From: an uncultured virus (IMG/VR IMGVR_UViG_3300003937_000027)
Taxonomy: Duplodnaviria; Heunggongvirae; Uroviricota; Caudoviricetes
Virus record (IMG/VR): IMGVR_UViG_3300003937_000027
Direction: 5' to 3' (one strand)
Length of the DNA stretch: 20,000 nucleotides
Position 1 is the first letter of the stretch. Each line of letters begins with the position of its first letter. This document shows positions 8,144-17,880 of this stretch, one piece after another. The translations under genes and the position numbers were made by a program. The notes beneath the pieces were generated by a model. The model worked only from the letters and a program-made list of their open reading frames with translations. It had not been told where the DNA came from and made no database searches.

Positions 8144-9640
8144 ATGCCAGCAATAATAACAAACAAATTTAGAATGAACAACGCTGAACAATTTGAGGAA
8201 TCATTTTCAGAGGCGACCCCAACAGTTTACTACTTAGGAATAGGTAGAGCACAACCATTTGGTACTTTAACAAGACCAGACGGTAGAACAGATTACGAAG
8301 GTACAGAAACAACACCTACTACACCAGGAGATAGTGTATTAAATGAATTTAAAAACTATGATGATTTATTAGCCGCTAAGAAAATTACAAGTTCAGGTGT
8401 TAGTTATGTAATACCAAGAAGAAATTGGACAACAGGAACTACATACGATATATACAGACACGATTATGAGGAGTATATAACAGGAAGTACTTCAACAAAA
8501 CAAACAGGTAATAGTGGTGCAACAACTTTGTTTGACTCAACTTTTTATGTACTAACTTCAGACAGAAATGTTTATAAATGTTTAGACAACGCAGGTAACG
8601 CTACTTCAACAGATGAGCCAACAGGTACTTCAACTTCAGTTATAACAACTTCAGATAGTTATAAATGGAAGTATATGTACACTTTATCAGCTGCACAACA
8701 AGCAAACTTTTTATCAACTGACTTTATGGCAGTTGGAACAGATTCAACTGTTTCAGCAGCTGCTGTTGATGGTGCTTTAGATATAGTAAAAATTAAAGCT
8801 GCAGGTTCAAGTTATACAGTTTCAGGTGGTGCAACATCAGGAACAATTACTGCTGTCCCTATAAGAGGAGACGGTTCAAGTGGTGTATGTTCAGTTGTAC
8901 TCACTTCAGGTGCCATTTCAGCTGTTACAGTAACAACTGCTGGAACAGGTTATACATCTGGTTATATTAGAAACGCTGATATTATTGCAGCTACAAATGC
9001 TGGCGGTGCAGGATCAGGTGCTGAATTAGATGTAATTATTTCACCAAAAGGTGGACACGGTTTTAATTCTGTAGAAGAATTAGGTGGATTTTTTGTAATG
9101 TTAAATACTTCTTTAGAAGGAACAGAAAGTTCAAACACAGGTGACTTTACAGCCGCAAATGATTTTAGAAAGATTACTTTAATTAAAAATCCTAACAACG
9201 CAGCTGGTTCAGCTGCTTCTGCAACTACATTAAGAGGAACTTACGCTGTTAAGATTAATACCTCTCCAACTCCAGGCACATTTACTGCTGATGAAGAAAT
9301 TAATCAGGCAACAACTGGTGCTGTTGGTAAAGTAGTTGAATGGGATGCTACTAACAAAATTTTATATTATGTTCAGACAAGGCATAATGACGCTGGTGCT
9401 GATACTAATGGAAACGTTACTGCCTTATCAGGTGCGAATGTAATTACAGGACAAAGTTCAACTGCGACAGGTACTCCTGACGCTTCAACTCAAACTGTAA
9501 ACAATGTTGCCTTTACTTCAGGATATGCACAACCAGAATTAGCACACGACTCTGGTGAAATCTTATATGTTGAAAATAGAACAAAGATCGCAAGAGCAAC
9601 TGACCAGACAGAAAATATAAAATTAATAATTGAGTTTTAA
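8144..9640 (+). CDS. gp8: Baseplate wedge subunit gp8
   Basis: MPAIITNKFR..NA..F, VIPRRNW..G..YD.Y, FYV......VYKCLDN, D.YKWKYMYT and SGEILYVENR..I.R..DQ.E.IK.IIEF motifs. Confidence 0.93.
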   Translation: MPAIITNKFRMNNAEQFEESFSEATPTVYYLGIGRAQPFGTLTRPDGRTDYEGTETTPTTPGDSVLNEFKNYDDLLAAKKITSSGVSYVIPRRNWTTGTTYDIYRHDYEEYITGSTSTKQTGNSGATTLFDSTFYVLTSDRNVYKCLDNAGNATSTDEPTGTSTSVITTSDSYKWKYMYTLSAAQQANFLSTDFMAVGTDSTVSAAAVDGALDIVKIKAAGSSYTVSGGATSGTITAVPIRGDGSSGVCSVVLTSGAISAVTVTTAGTGYTSGYIRNADIIAATNAGGAGSGAELDVIISPKGGHGFNSVEELGGFFVMLNTSLEGTESSNTGDFTAANDFRKITLIKNPNNAAGSAASATTLRGTYAVKINTSPTPGTFTADEEINQATTGAVGKVVEWDATNKILYYVQTRHNDAGADTNGNVTALSGANVITGQSSTATGTPDASTQTVNNVAFTSGYAQPELAHDSGEILYVENRTKIARATDQTENIKLIIEF

Positions 9641-9656
9641 AGAATAGAGGAGAAAA

Positions 9657-12600
9657 ATGCCAAGTCCAACTGATTTTAATGTCAGTCCTTACTATGACGA
9701 TTTTACAGAGTCGAAAAAGTTTCATCGGATTCTTTTTAGACCTGCGTTTGCTGTACAGGCTAGAGAATTAACTCAATCACAAACTCAAATACAGAATCAA
9801 ATAGAAAGTTTATCTGATCACCTTTTTGATAAAGGTGCAATGATTATTCCAGGTGAAATTGGATATGATTTAAATTATTATGCTGTTAAATTAACATCTA
9901 AATCTGCTTCAACTTTAACCGATTATGTTGACACTACACTAACAGGTGGCACTTCAGGTGTTACTGCAAAAGTTGTAAATGCTGTTGTAACTGATGGTAC
10001 TGATCCAGATACATTATTTGTAAAATATATGAACACCGCTTCAGACGGTTCTACAATATCTTTTACTAATGGTGAAACATTAACATCTGATGGTTCTGGC
10101 AATCCAACAGTAGTTGTTGCTTCAACTGCAACAGGTTCAGCTGCACAAATTAAACAAGGTATCTATTACATTAATGGTTATCACGTTCAAGTATCTGCAC
10201 AAACATTAATACTTGACAAATATTCATCAACACCAAGTTATAGAGTAGGTTTAACAGTAACAGAATCTTTTGTTACTCCAGGTGATGACACTACTCTTAA
10301 CGATAATGCTCAAGGGGTTTCAAACACAAATGCTCCTGGTGCTCATAGATTTAAAATATTATTAACACTTGCTAAAAAAGCATTAAACAGTACTGAAGAT
10401 AGTAATTTTTATGAATTATTAAGACTATCTAGTGGTGTTTTACAAAATCAAGTTAGAACAACTGATTATGCTGTATTAGAAGACACATTGGCTCGTAGAA
10501 CATTTGACGAGTCTGGTGATTATGTTGTTAGACCATTTGATATAGATGTTAGAGAACATTTAATATCTGGAACAAATAGAGGAATTTATACAGGTGGACA
10601 AGGTGGTGACGCTACTAAACTTGCAGTAGGATTTTCTCCAGGAAAAGCATACGTAAAAGGTTATGAAATTAATACTATATCTACAACATATGTTGATGTA
10701 GATAAGGCTAGAGATTATGATACACAAGGTAATTTTAATACAAGATTTGATGTAGGTAACTTTGTAAATGTAACAAACGTTTATGGTTCTCCAGACATTG
10801 TTACTGCTTCAGGTGTTGAGGCATTTAAAGGTTTAACATTACACAATACAGCAACAAGTTCTCGTGGTACTGCAAACGCAGGAGCAAATTCAAACATAAC
10901 AACAATTGGTAGAGCAAAAACTAGAGGCTTTGAATATTCTTCTGGTACTGCTACGGGTAATATTTTTTCAAATGCAAGTATAACAAGTGCTGTTTATAAA
11001 CACCATCTTTTTGATGTTGTTTTATTTACACACTTAAATATTACAACTGCTCAAGCATATTCAGATGGTGTAACTATAACTGGTGGCACTTCAGGTGCTA
11101 CAGGTATTGTACAAGAATCTTCTACTGTAGAAAGTGCTACAATTACTGGTGCAACGGCAGCTAATCCTGTAGTTGTAACAGCTACAAATAAATTTAAAGA
11201 AGGTCAACAAATTACTATTACTGGTGTTGCTGGTATGACAGAATTAAATGGTAACGTTTATACAGTCAGAAATCCAACCTCATCAAACTTCCAATTATAC
11301 GATACAGATGGAACTTCATCAATTAATGGTGGAAGTTATTCAGCATGGTCTAGTTCTTCTGGTGTTGCTACACACGGTGTTGTTATATTATCAAATGTAC
11401 AAGGTATATTCCAAGCAAGTGAATCAATTACAGATGGTTCTAGTGCTTCAACTATTCAAGCAAACGCTGTTGGATTAAAAGGTGTTACTACACACGATAT
11501 ATCTTCAGTAAAACAAATTGCAATGGCAGGAAGTCCAACATTTACTGCTGATACATCATTAGACGCTACAAGTGGTGACAATGCTACTTTAACTGGTACA
11601 TTATCAATTGCAAATAGTGGTACAGCTGTCACAGGTTTCAATACAAGATTTACAGACGAATTAAGAGTTGGAGATTCAATTTCATTTACAACGGATGCTG
11701 GGAGTTCTCTTACAAAAATTGTAGAAGCTATTATTAGTAATAGTTCTATCTCATTATTAGCTGCTGTAGGTGGTTCAGACGTATCAACAAAAACAATTGC
11801 TACAAGACGAAGAGCAAAAATGCAATCGCCTGAAAAAAATGTTTCTATATTTAAATTGCCATATGAAAATATTAAAACATTAAAAACTACTGCAAACAGT
11901 AATGTTTCAGATACAACTTATTCATTTAGAAAACACTCAATTACAACACTTACTGGAGATGGTATTGCTACTTTCTCTGCTGGTGTCAATGAAACTTTTG
12001 CTGATTTATCTGAAGGAGATTATACAATATCAATAACAAGTACAGGTGGTGGTGGAACAGGTGCTGTTGGAGATGTATTAAGTTTAACAGGTAACAACCA
12101 CGAAAGTTCTGCTATATTTGCATTGAACGGTGCTAAAACAACTTTAACTTTAGACTTTGGTGCCAACTATGCTGGACACGATATTAAAGCATTAGTAACA
12201 TTGCACAAAACAGTAGGTACTTCAAAAACAAAAACATTAAATGCAGCTTCAACTGTTGCAATTTCAACTCAAGCTACAATTGTAAGTGGCACTATTGGAT
12301 TAGCTAAGGCTGATGTTAAACAAATAAACAATGTTTATATGGCTGCTGACTTTAGTACTGCTGCTGATACATCTGATACAGATATTTCAAGTAGATTTGA
12401 ATTAGATACAGGACAAAGAGATAACTTCTATGATATTGGAAGAATTAAATTAAAAACTGGTGAATTAACACCAACAGGTAGATTACTAGTTAACTTTGAT
12501 TATTACTCTCATAGTTCAGGAGATTATTTTGATGTTGATTCATATTCAGCAATAAGTTATACAGATATTCCTGCTTATACTTCATCTAATACAGGTGTTA

Positions 12601-15600
12601 GATATGAGTTAAGAGATAGTTTAGATTTCAGACCAAGAGTTGATGACGCTTCAACAATAGACGCTGGTGTACAAGATAGATCATTTGACGGATCAGGTGC
12701 TTCTGTAGTACAACCTATTAAATTTAGTTCAGACGTAAGGTCAGATTTTGAATATTATTTAGGAAGAGTTGATAAAGTATTTTTAGATAAAGATGGTAAT
12801 ATGAAAATATTAAAAGGCGCTAGTTCAGTTGCGCCAAGAATACCAGGTACATTAGATAATGCTATGCACCTATACACTTTATTTTTACCTGCATACACAT
12901 TAGATACTTCTGAAGTTGGTATAGAACACGTAGATAATAAACGATATACAATGAGAGATATTGGTAGAATAGAAAATAGAATTGAAACTGCTGAATATTA
13001 TACACAACTTTCATTATTAGAAACAGCTGCACAAACTTTACAAATACAAGACTCAAATGGTTTAGATAGATTTAAAAATGGTTTTGTAGTAGATAACTTT
13101 ACAGGCCATAATATTGGTGATGTAGGTAATGGAGATTACAAAGTTGCTATAGATTATGCAAATGGAGAAATGAGACCAACATTCCACGAAGACGCTGTAC
13201 AATTAATTGAAAGAGATGAAGATGGTACTGCTCTAGTAGCTGCTGATAGAACAGACGCTAATTATCAAAAAACTGGAGACTTAATTACTTTACCTTATAC
13301 TGAATCAACTTTAATAGACCAACCTTATGCAAGTAAGGCTATCAATGTAAATCCATTTGGAGTATTTACATGGATAGGTTCAATAGACTTAACACCTCCA
13401 GGTGATGAATGGAAAGAAACAGAAAGAGCACCAGAATTAGTTATAAACAATCCTAATGGAAGTTGGGATAACTTAACAAAAAATACTGGTAACTCTAGTA
13501 CACTATCAGAATTCCCTATGTCAACAGTTTGGAACTCTTGGCAAGATACTTGGACAGGTAAGGCTGTTGAAACAGAAAGAAAAAGTGTAGGCACATATGA
13601 GAAAAGAGGAGGCCACGGTTGGAGAGTTATGGCCAAAGAAGAAATTACAACTGCTCAACAAGTTTCACAAACAAGAACAGGTATAAGAGCTGTTGCAATT
13701 CCTCAAACAGTAAGAACATCTATTGGAGATAGAGTTGTTTCAGTTGCATTTGTTCCATTTATTAGAAGTAGAACAATAACATTTAACGCAACAAGATTAA
13801 AACCAAATACAAGAGTTTATCCTTTCTTTGATAATGTTGATATATCTGCATATGTAACACCAGATGGTGGTTCATTAGGAGGCAATTTAGTTTCAGACAC
13901 AAATGGTAAAGTAGAAGGTACGTTTGCTATACCAGATCCAAAAGTAAATGCAAATCCTAGATGGAGAACAGGTCAAAGATTATTCAGATTAACAAGTTCA
14001 TCTACAAACAGTTTAACAAACGCTAATGTTGAAACAGCTGCAAACGTTGAATATGTTGCAAGAGGTTTATTAGAAACTGTAAGAGAAACTATACTTTCAA
14101 GTAGAGAAGCACGTGTAGAGATGAGAAGTGTTACTGAAAGTCAAACTATTACTAGAACATCTACAAGAACGGAAGAAAGACAAGTTGGATACCACGATCC
14201 TTTGGCACAAACTTTTTTAATTGATGACGCTGGTGGTGTATTCGTAACATCTATTGATTTATTCTTTAGTACAAAAGATAGTAACATTCCAGTTACAGTA
14301 CAAATAAGAGATGTTGTAAATGGTTATCCTGGACAAAAAATATTACCATTTTCAGAAGTTACAAAGAATCCAGGTGATGTTAGCGTAAGTACAGATGGTA
14401 CTACTGCAACTAAATTTACATTCCTAAGTCCTGTTTACATACAAGCAAACGTAGAGTATTGTTTTGTCATAATGGCAAACTCACAAGATTATAATGCTTA
14501 CGTAGCAAGAATAGGTGAAACATCATTAGATACAAATAGAACAATATCAGCACAACCTTACGCTGGTGTTTTATTTAAATCTCAAAATGGTATGACTTGG
14601 AGTGCTGAACAAAATGAAGATATGAAATTTAAATTAAGAAGAGCAGAATTTAGTCAAGTTACAGGTACAGTTACTTTAACAAATGATACTTTATCTACAA
14701 GAGCACTTAAAAACAATCCATTAAGAACAACAAGCGGTTCTAAAGTTATTAGAGTATTCCATCCTAACCATGGTATGCACGGTACAAGTAATAACGTAAC
14801 AATTGCTGGTGTGGAAAGTGGTACTCTTAATGGTATTGCTCATTCAGACATTAATGGAACATATACAAGTATTTCAAACGTAACTTTAGATAGTTATGAT
14901 ATAACTTCAGGAAGTTCATCAAACGCAAGTGCTAGTGGAGATGTTGGTAGTACTACTGTAACAGCAACACAAAACAGATTGTTTGATGTATTAAATTTAG
15001 GCGGTGTTCAAACAGTAACTTTACCAGATACAAATATAGACTATTACATAAGAACAGCTACAGGTAAATCTGTACACGGTTCTGAAACAGAATTTGCGTT
15101 AACAGCAAATGAAAGTAAACTTGCTGTAGTCAATAATGACAATATTGCTTTCCCAGCGCCTCAAATGGTTGCAAGTGAAATCAATGAAACAAATGAAAGT
15201 ATTACAGGCGGTAAATCTTTCTATACAATTTTAGAATTAACAACATCAAATACTAAATTATCTCCTGTTTTAGATACTCAAAGAATGAGTGCATTTACAA
15301 TTCAAAGTAGATTAAATAATCCTAGTTCAAGTAATACACCTGACTTTGTTGCTGATACAGTTAAATCAGGAACATCATCAGCTGCTGTTTATTTAACTAA
15401 ACCAATTATATTGGAAAATAATTCAAAAGCATTAGACATAAGATTAACTGCTAACATAAGATCAACATCCGAAGTAGAAATGTATTATAGAGTTTCAGGT
15501 ACAGACAACGATACTCAATTAGATGATTTAAGTTGGACAGCATTTAATACAGATGGAAGTTCAGACGCTACTGTAACACCTGCTGAAGATGATACAACAT

Positions 15601-15734
15601 TTAAAGAATACAAATATAGTGATAATGATATAAATGAATTTACATCATTCCAGCTAAAAATTGTAATGAAAGGAAGTAATTCTTCATATCCACCAGTATT
15701 GAGAGATATGAGAGGAATTGCTCTGGCAGTATAA
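9657..15734 (+). CDS. Large virion structural protein, VrlC-like / DUF4815 family, 2025 aa
   Basis: FNVSPYYDDF...K.F.RILFRP..AVQARELTQ.Q, APGAHR.KI.L.L, LARRTFDESGDY.V, NKRYTMRDIG..E.RI...EYYT.LSLLE, RFKNGF.VDNF and DPLAQTF motifs; GAGGAG SD; follows gp8. Confidence 0.88.
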   Translation: MPSPTDFNVSPYYDDFTESKKFHRILFRPAFAVQARELTQSQTQIQNQIESLSDHLFDKGAMIIPGEIGYDLNYYAVKLTSKSASTLTDYVDTTLTGGTSGVTAKVVNAVVTDGTDPDTLFVKYMNTASDGSTISFTNGETLTSDGSGNPTVVVASTATGSAAQIKQGIYYINGYHVQVSAQTLILDKYSSTPSYRVGLTVTESFVTPGDDTTLNDNAQGVSNTNAPGAHRFKILLTLAKKALNSTEDSNFYELLRLSSGVLQNQVRTTDYAVLEDTLARRTFDESGDYVVRPFDIDVREHLISGTNRGIYTGGQGGDATKLAVGFSPGKAYVKGYEINTISTTYVDVDKARDYDTQGNFNTRFDVGNFVNVTNVYGSPDIVTASGVEAFKGLTLHNTATSSRGTANAGANSNITTIGRAKTRGFEYSSGTATGNIFSNASITSAVYKHHLFDVVLFTHLNITTAQAYSDGVTITGGTSGATGIVQESSTVESATITGATAANPVVVTATNKFKEGQQITITGVAGMTELNGNVYTVRNPTSSNFQLYDTDGTSSINGGSYSAWSSSSGVATHGVVILSNVQGIFQASESITDGSSASTIQANAVGLKGVTTHDISSVKQIAMAGSPTFTADTSLDATSGDNATLTGTLSIANSGTAVTGFNTRFTDELRVGDSISFTTDAGSSLTKIVEAIISNSSISLLAAVGGSDVSTKTIATRRRAKMQSPEKNVSIFKLPYENIKTLKTTANSNVSDTTYSFRKHSITTLTGDGIATFSAGVNETFADLSEGDYTISITSTGGGGTGAVGDVLSLTGNNHESSAIFALNGAKTTLTLDFGANYAGHDIKALVTLHKTVGTSKTKTLNAASTVAISTQATIVSGTIGLAKADVKQINNVYMAADFSTAADTSDTDISSRFELDTGQRDNFYDIGRIKLKTGELTPTGRLLVNFDYYSHSSGDYFDVDSYSAISYTDIPAYTSSNTGVRYELRDSLDFRPRVDDASTIDAGVQDRSFDGSGASVVQPIKFSSDVRSDFEYYLGRVDKVFLDKDGNMKILKGASSVAPRIPGTLDNAMHLYTLFLPAYTLDTSEVGIEHVDNKRYTMRDIGRIENRIETAEYYTQLSLLETAAQTLQIQDSNGLDRFKNGFVVDNFTGHNIGDVGNGDYKVAIDYANGEMRPTFHEDAVQLIERDEDGTALVAADRTDANYQKTGDLITLPYTESTLIDQPYASKAINVNPFGVFTWIGSIDLTPPGDEWKETERAPELVINNPNGSWDNLTKNTGNSSTLSEFPMSTVWNSWQDTWTGKAVETERKSVGTYEKRGGHGWRVMAKEEITTAQQVSQTRTGIRAVAIPQTVRTSIGDRVVSVAFVPFIRSRTITFNATRLKPNTRVYPFFDNVDISAYVTPDGGSLGGNLVSDTNGKVEGTFAIPDPKVNANPRWRTGQRLFRLTSSSTNSLTNANVETAANVEYVARGLLETVRETILSSREARVEMRSVTESQTITRTSTRTEERQVGYHDPLAQTFLIDDAGGVFVTSIDLFFSTKDSNIPVTVQIRDVVNGYPGQKILPFSEVTKNPGDVSVSTDGTTATKFTFLSPVYIQANVEYCFVIMANSQDYNAYVARIGETSLDTNRTISAQPYAGVLFKSQNGMTWSAEQNEDMKFKLRRAEFSQVTGTVTLTNDTLSTRALKNNPLRTTSGSKVIRVFHPNHGMHGTSNNVTIAGVESGTLNGIAHSDINGTYTSISNVTLDSYDITSGSSSNASASGDVGSTTVTATQNRLFDVLNLGGVQTVTLPDTNIDYYIRTATGKSVHGSETEFALTANESKLAVVNNDNIAFPAPQMVASEINETNESITGGKSFYTILELTTSNTKLSPVLDTQRMSAFTIQSRLNNPSSSNTPDFVADTVKSGTSSAAVYLTKPIILENNSKALDIRLTANIRSTSEVEMYYRVSGTDNDTQLDDLSWTAFNTDGSSDATVTPAEDDTTFKEYKYSDNDINEFTSFQLKIVMKGSNSSYPPVLRDMRGIALAV

Positions 15735-15958
15735 TGAGTATTAAAGTTAGAGTTGAAGGATTTACAGGACTTATAAGAGATACACATTCTAACGCAATCG
15801 TAAATGTAAACAAATCTGATTATGAATTGTATATGTTAAGACATAAAAGTAGAGAAAGACAAAGTGACGTGTTAAGAGATACAGTAAAAGAAATAAATAC
15901 TTTAAAACAAGAATTGAAAGAAATTAAAAAGTTATTACAAGGAGTAATTAAAAACTAA
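15734..15958 (+). CDS. Small late protein with C-terminal coiled coil, 74 aa
   Basis: TAATG-coupled on both sides; L.RD..SNAIVN motif and EINTLKQELKEIKKLL heptads. Confidence 0.85.
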   Translation: MSIKVRVEGFTGLIRDTHSNAIVNVNKSDYELYMLRHKSRERQSDVLRDTVKEINTLKQELKEIKKLLQGVIKN

Positions 15959-16791
15959 TGGCTGCAAGACAGATAACACAAACGCAAACACTAGAAGACT
16001 TTAGAACACAGTTTAATGCTCTATCGGCAACTGACTTTGGTGATATTGCTACACTTGACTCTGGTCTTTCTGCAACGTCTGTAATAGGCGCTGTAAATGA
16101 ATTATATGCAGCTATTGCTGGTGCATTATCATTTACACTTTCAGATGGTTCAAATACTCAAACTCTTGTAAATGGAAATACATTATTATTTAATGGTACA
16201 GCAAATCAAATTACAACAACAGTAGCAGCAACAGATAAAGTAACTGTAGCATTAACTGAAGATGTAACAATTGCTGGGGAATTTATTGCTTCAGGTACTG
16301 GTGCTCACAAATTAGGAACAATTCAAACGTATGGTAATACAATTTCATCAACAGACGCAACTACAGTTACAATAGATGACAATTTAACACTTTCTGCTGG
16401 TAAAACATTAGTAGCAGATATTATATCAAGTTCACAATCATATGTGTCTTTTGGTGCAAAAAATATATCAACTAGTGGGTACTTCTATACAGAAGCTGCA
16501 ACAGGTGGTATCATATTTGAAGGTGCAACAGCAGACGCACACGAAACAAACGTTAGAGTAGTAGATCCTACAGCAGATAGAACAATTACTCTACCTGATG
16601 AAACAGGTACTGTTATAACAACTGGCAGTTCTGCCGCTATAACAGGTGCAATGATAGCACTAAATACAGTTGCAGAAGCTAATATGGCAGATGACTCTAT
16701 TGGTCAGGATCAACTAAAAAGTGTAGTAACCTTACAGATTATAGACTCTGGAGGTACAGTAGTGAAGACAATGTACGCTGCTGGGGCATAG
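15958..16791 (+). CDS. Putative short tail fibre / fibre adaptor, 277 aa
   Basis: TLE.FR..FN.L...GD...L....TSVIGAVNEL anchor-like N-terminus and IIFEGATADAHET...VDPTADRTITLPD.TGTV fibre module. Its C-terminus resembles that of the 7000-8106 fibre. Confidence 0.75.
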   Translation: MAARQITQTQTLEDFRTQFNALSATDFGDIATLDSGLSATSVIGAVNELYAAIAGALSFTLSDGSNTQTLVNGNTLLFNGTANQITTTVAATDKVTVALTEDVTIAGEFIASGTGAHKLGTIQTYGNTISSTDATTVTIDDNLTLSAGKTLVADIISSSQSYVSFGAKNISTSGYFYTEAATGGIIFEGATADAHETNVRVVDPTADRTITLPDETGTVITTGSSAAITGAMIALNTVAEANMADDSIGQDQLKSVVTLQIIDSGGTVVKTMYAAGA

Positions 16792-16803
16792 ACTTAAAAG
16801 ATG

Positions 16804-16844
16804 TATAAATATATTATGGATATAGGTGAAAGAATTTATAAATA
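16804..16844 (+). promoter_or_regulatory. Tandem T4-type late promoters
   Basis: TATAAATA at 16804-16811 and 16837-16844. Confidence 0.8.
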
Positions 16845-16910
16845 TGTAAATAGAGAGGTACTTACTAATAATTATAATATGAATGAGTACCAGAAATTAA
16901 TGGAGACAAC

Positions 16911-17846
16911 ATGGCAGTAAGAAAACCTTTATATGTAGCAAGTAGCAACTTACGAGAGATGACAACCGCAATGGTTTTAGAAATCGTACAAGCTGCTGTC
17001 TATCAATATTCACTAAATCCTGGCGTTGCTTTAACTGTATCTGCAGGAGGTGGAAACATCGGAAGTATTTCAGATACAAGAAAACAAGCAGGTGCTCAAT
17101 CAACAAGTACAACTGCATTTCCAAGTGAGGGTACAACAGCTGAACCTAGTACGGTTACAGTAACTTACAATCACGTTGTATCAACGGATGCTAGTTTAAC
17201 ACCAACAGCTGACTCAGGCAAAACATGGCCTGTATATTACAATTCAAGTGGACAGATTCAAGCAATGAATTTAGCAGACGTAAAAGATACTTTTTTACAT
17301 CCTGCAATTGACTTATTAGCTTCAGGTTCAACAGGAACAGATCAAGCTGGAACTTATACAGTAAGTACTGGAACATCTTTAGCAGGTAGTACCAACATAA
17401 GTACAACAGCAATATATGCAGATACAAGAGCTGACACAGGTGCATATGCAGCTGGCAGTATTCCAGAAACACAAGATCAACCTACAACAATTACAAGTTA
17501 TTACCTACATAGAATAAATGGAAATGATAATTCATTTACTGAACCGTATTATTTGGATGGTTCAAACAATGTTAAAGAATATACAACCGCAGCTATTCAA
17601 TCATTATTACAAGAATGGATGAGAAAAACAGCGGCTGATTCTGGTGATGGTTATGCTTTGAGTTATACTCTAGGAACTACAGCAACTGGTAACACAAGAG
17701 GTTCTGGTATGGCTGATACAATTTTAAATGGTTCTGGTAATTATCAGACAAGATATGTAAATACAGATGACTATAGGGCGCAAGAGTTTCCTAATGGATC
17801 ATCTACAACAGCAAACACTTATTATTTAAGAATTATTAAATCGTAA
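16911..17846 (+). CDS. Late, probably structural, Thr/Ser/Gly-rich protein with three internal repeats of about 100 aa
   Basis: GGAG SD; late promoters upstream; three-fold internal repeat visible by eye. Confidence 0.8.
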   Translation: MAVRKPLYVASSNLREMTTAMVLEIVQAAVYQYSLNPGVALTVSAGGGNIGSISDTRKQAGAQSTSTTAFPSEGTTAEPSTVTVTYNHVVSTDASLTPTADSGKTWPVYYNSSGQIQAMNLADVKDTFLHPAIDLLASGSTGTDQAGTYTVSTGTSLAGSTNISTTAIYADTRADTGAYAAGSIPETQDQPTTITSYYLHRINGNDNSFTEPYYLDGSNNVKEYTTAAIQSLLQEWMRKTAADSGDGYALSYTLGTTATGNTRGSGMADTILNGSGNYQTRYVNTDDYRAQEFPNGSSTTANTYYLRIIKS

Positions 17847-17880
17847 TATCATTCCTCCCGATATTGCTTTGTTATGAATT

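Noticed and set aside
9657..15734. Intein or intron in the 2025-aa protein
   Set aside because: The frame is continuous, and I saw no intein splice motifs or homing-endonuclease motifs.
8014..16788. Diversity-generating retroelement (VR/TR) explanation for the similar fibre C-termini
   Set aside because: Nucleotide differences are not adenine-specific, there is no near-identical template repeat, and no reverse transcriptase is in the window.
16789..16801. Read-through of the fibre TAG into the in-frame 39-codon ORF
   Set aside because: A second in-frame stop (ACT TAA) follows immediately.
1733..17472. Antisense and alternate-frame ORFs in the track (e.g. 1733-1942, 3552-3740, 5179-5588, 5887-6180, 6601-6876, 7452-8015, 8962-9198, 11248-11641, 13325-13636, 15515-15787, 16897-17472)
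   Set aside because: They lie within well-supported structural genes and look like shadows of Thr/Gly/Ala-rich codon bias, with no recognisable motifs.
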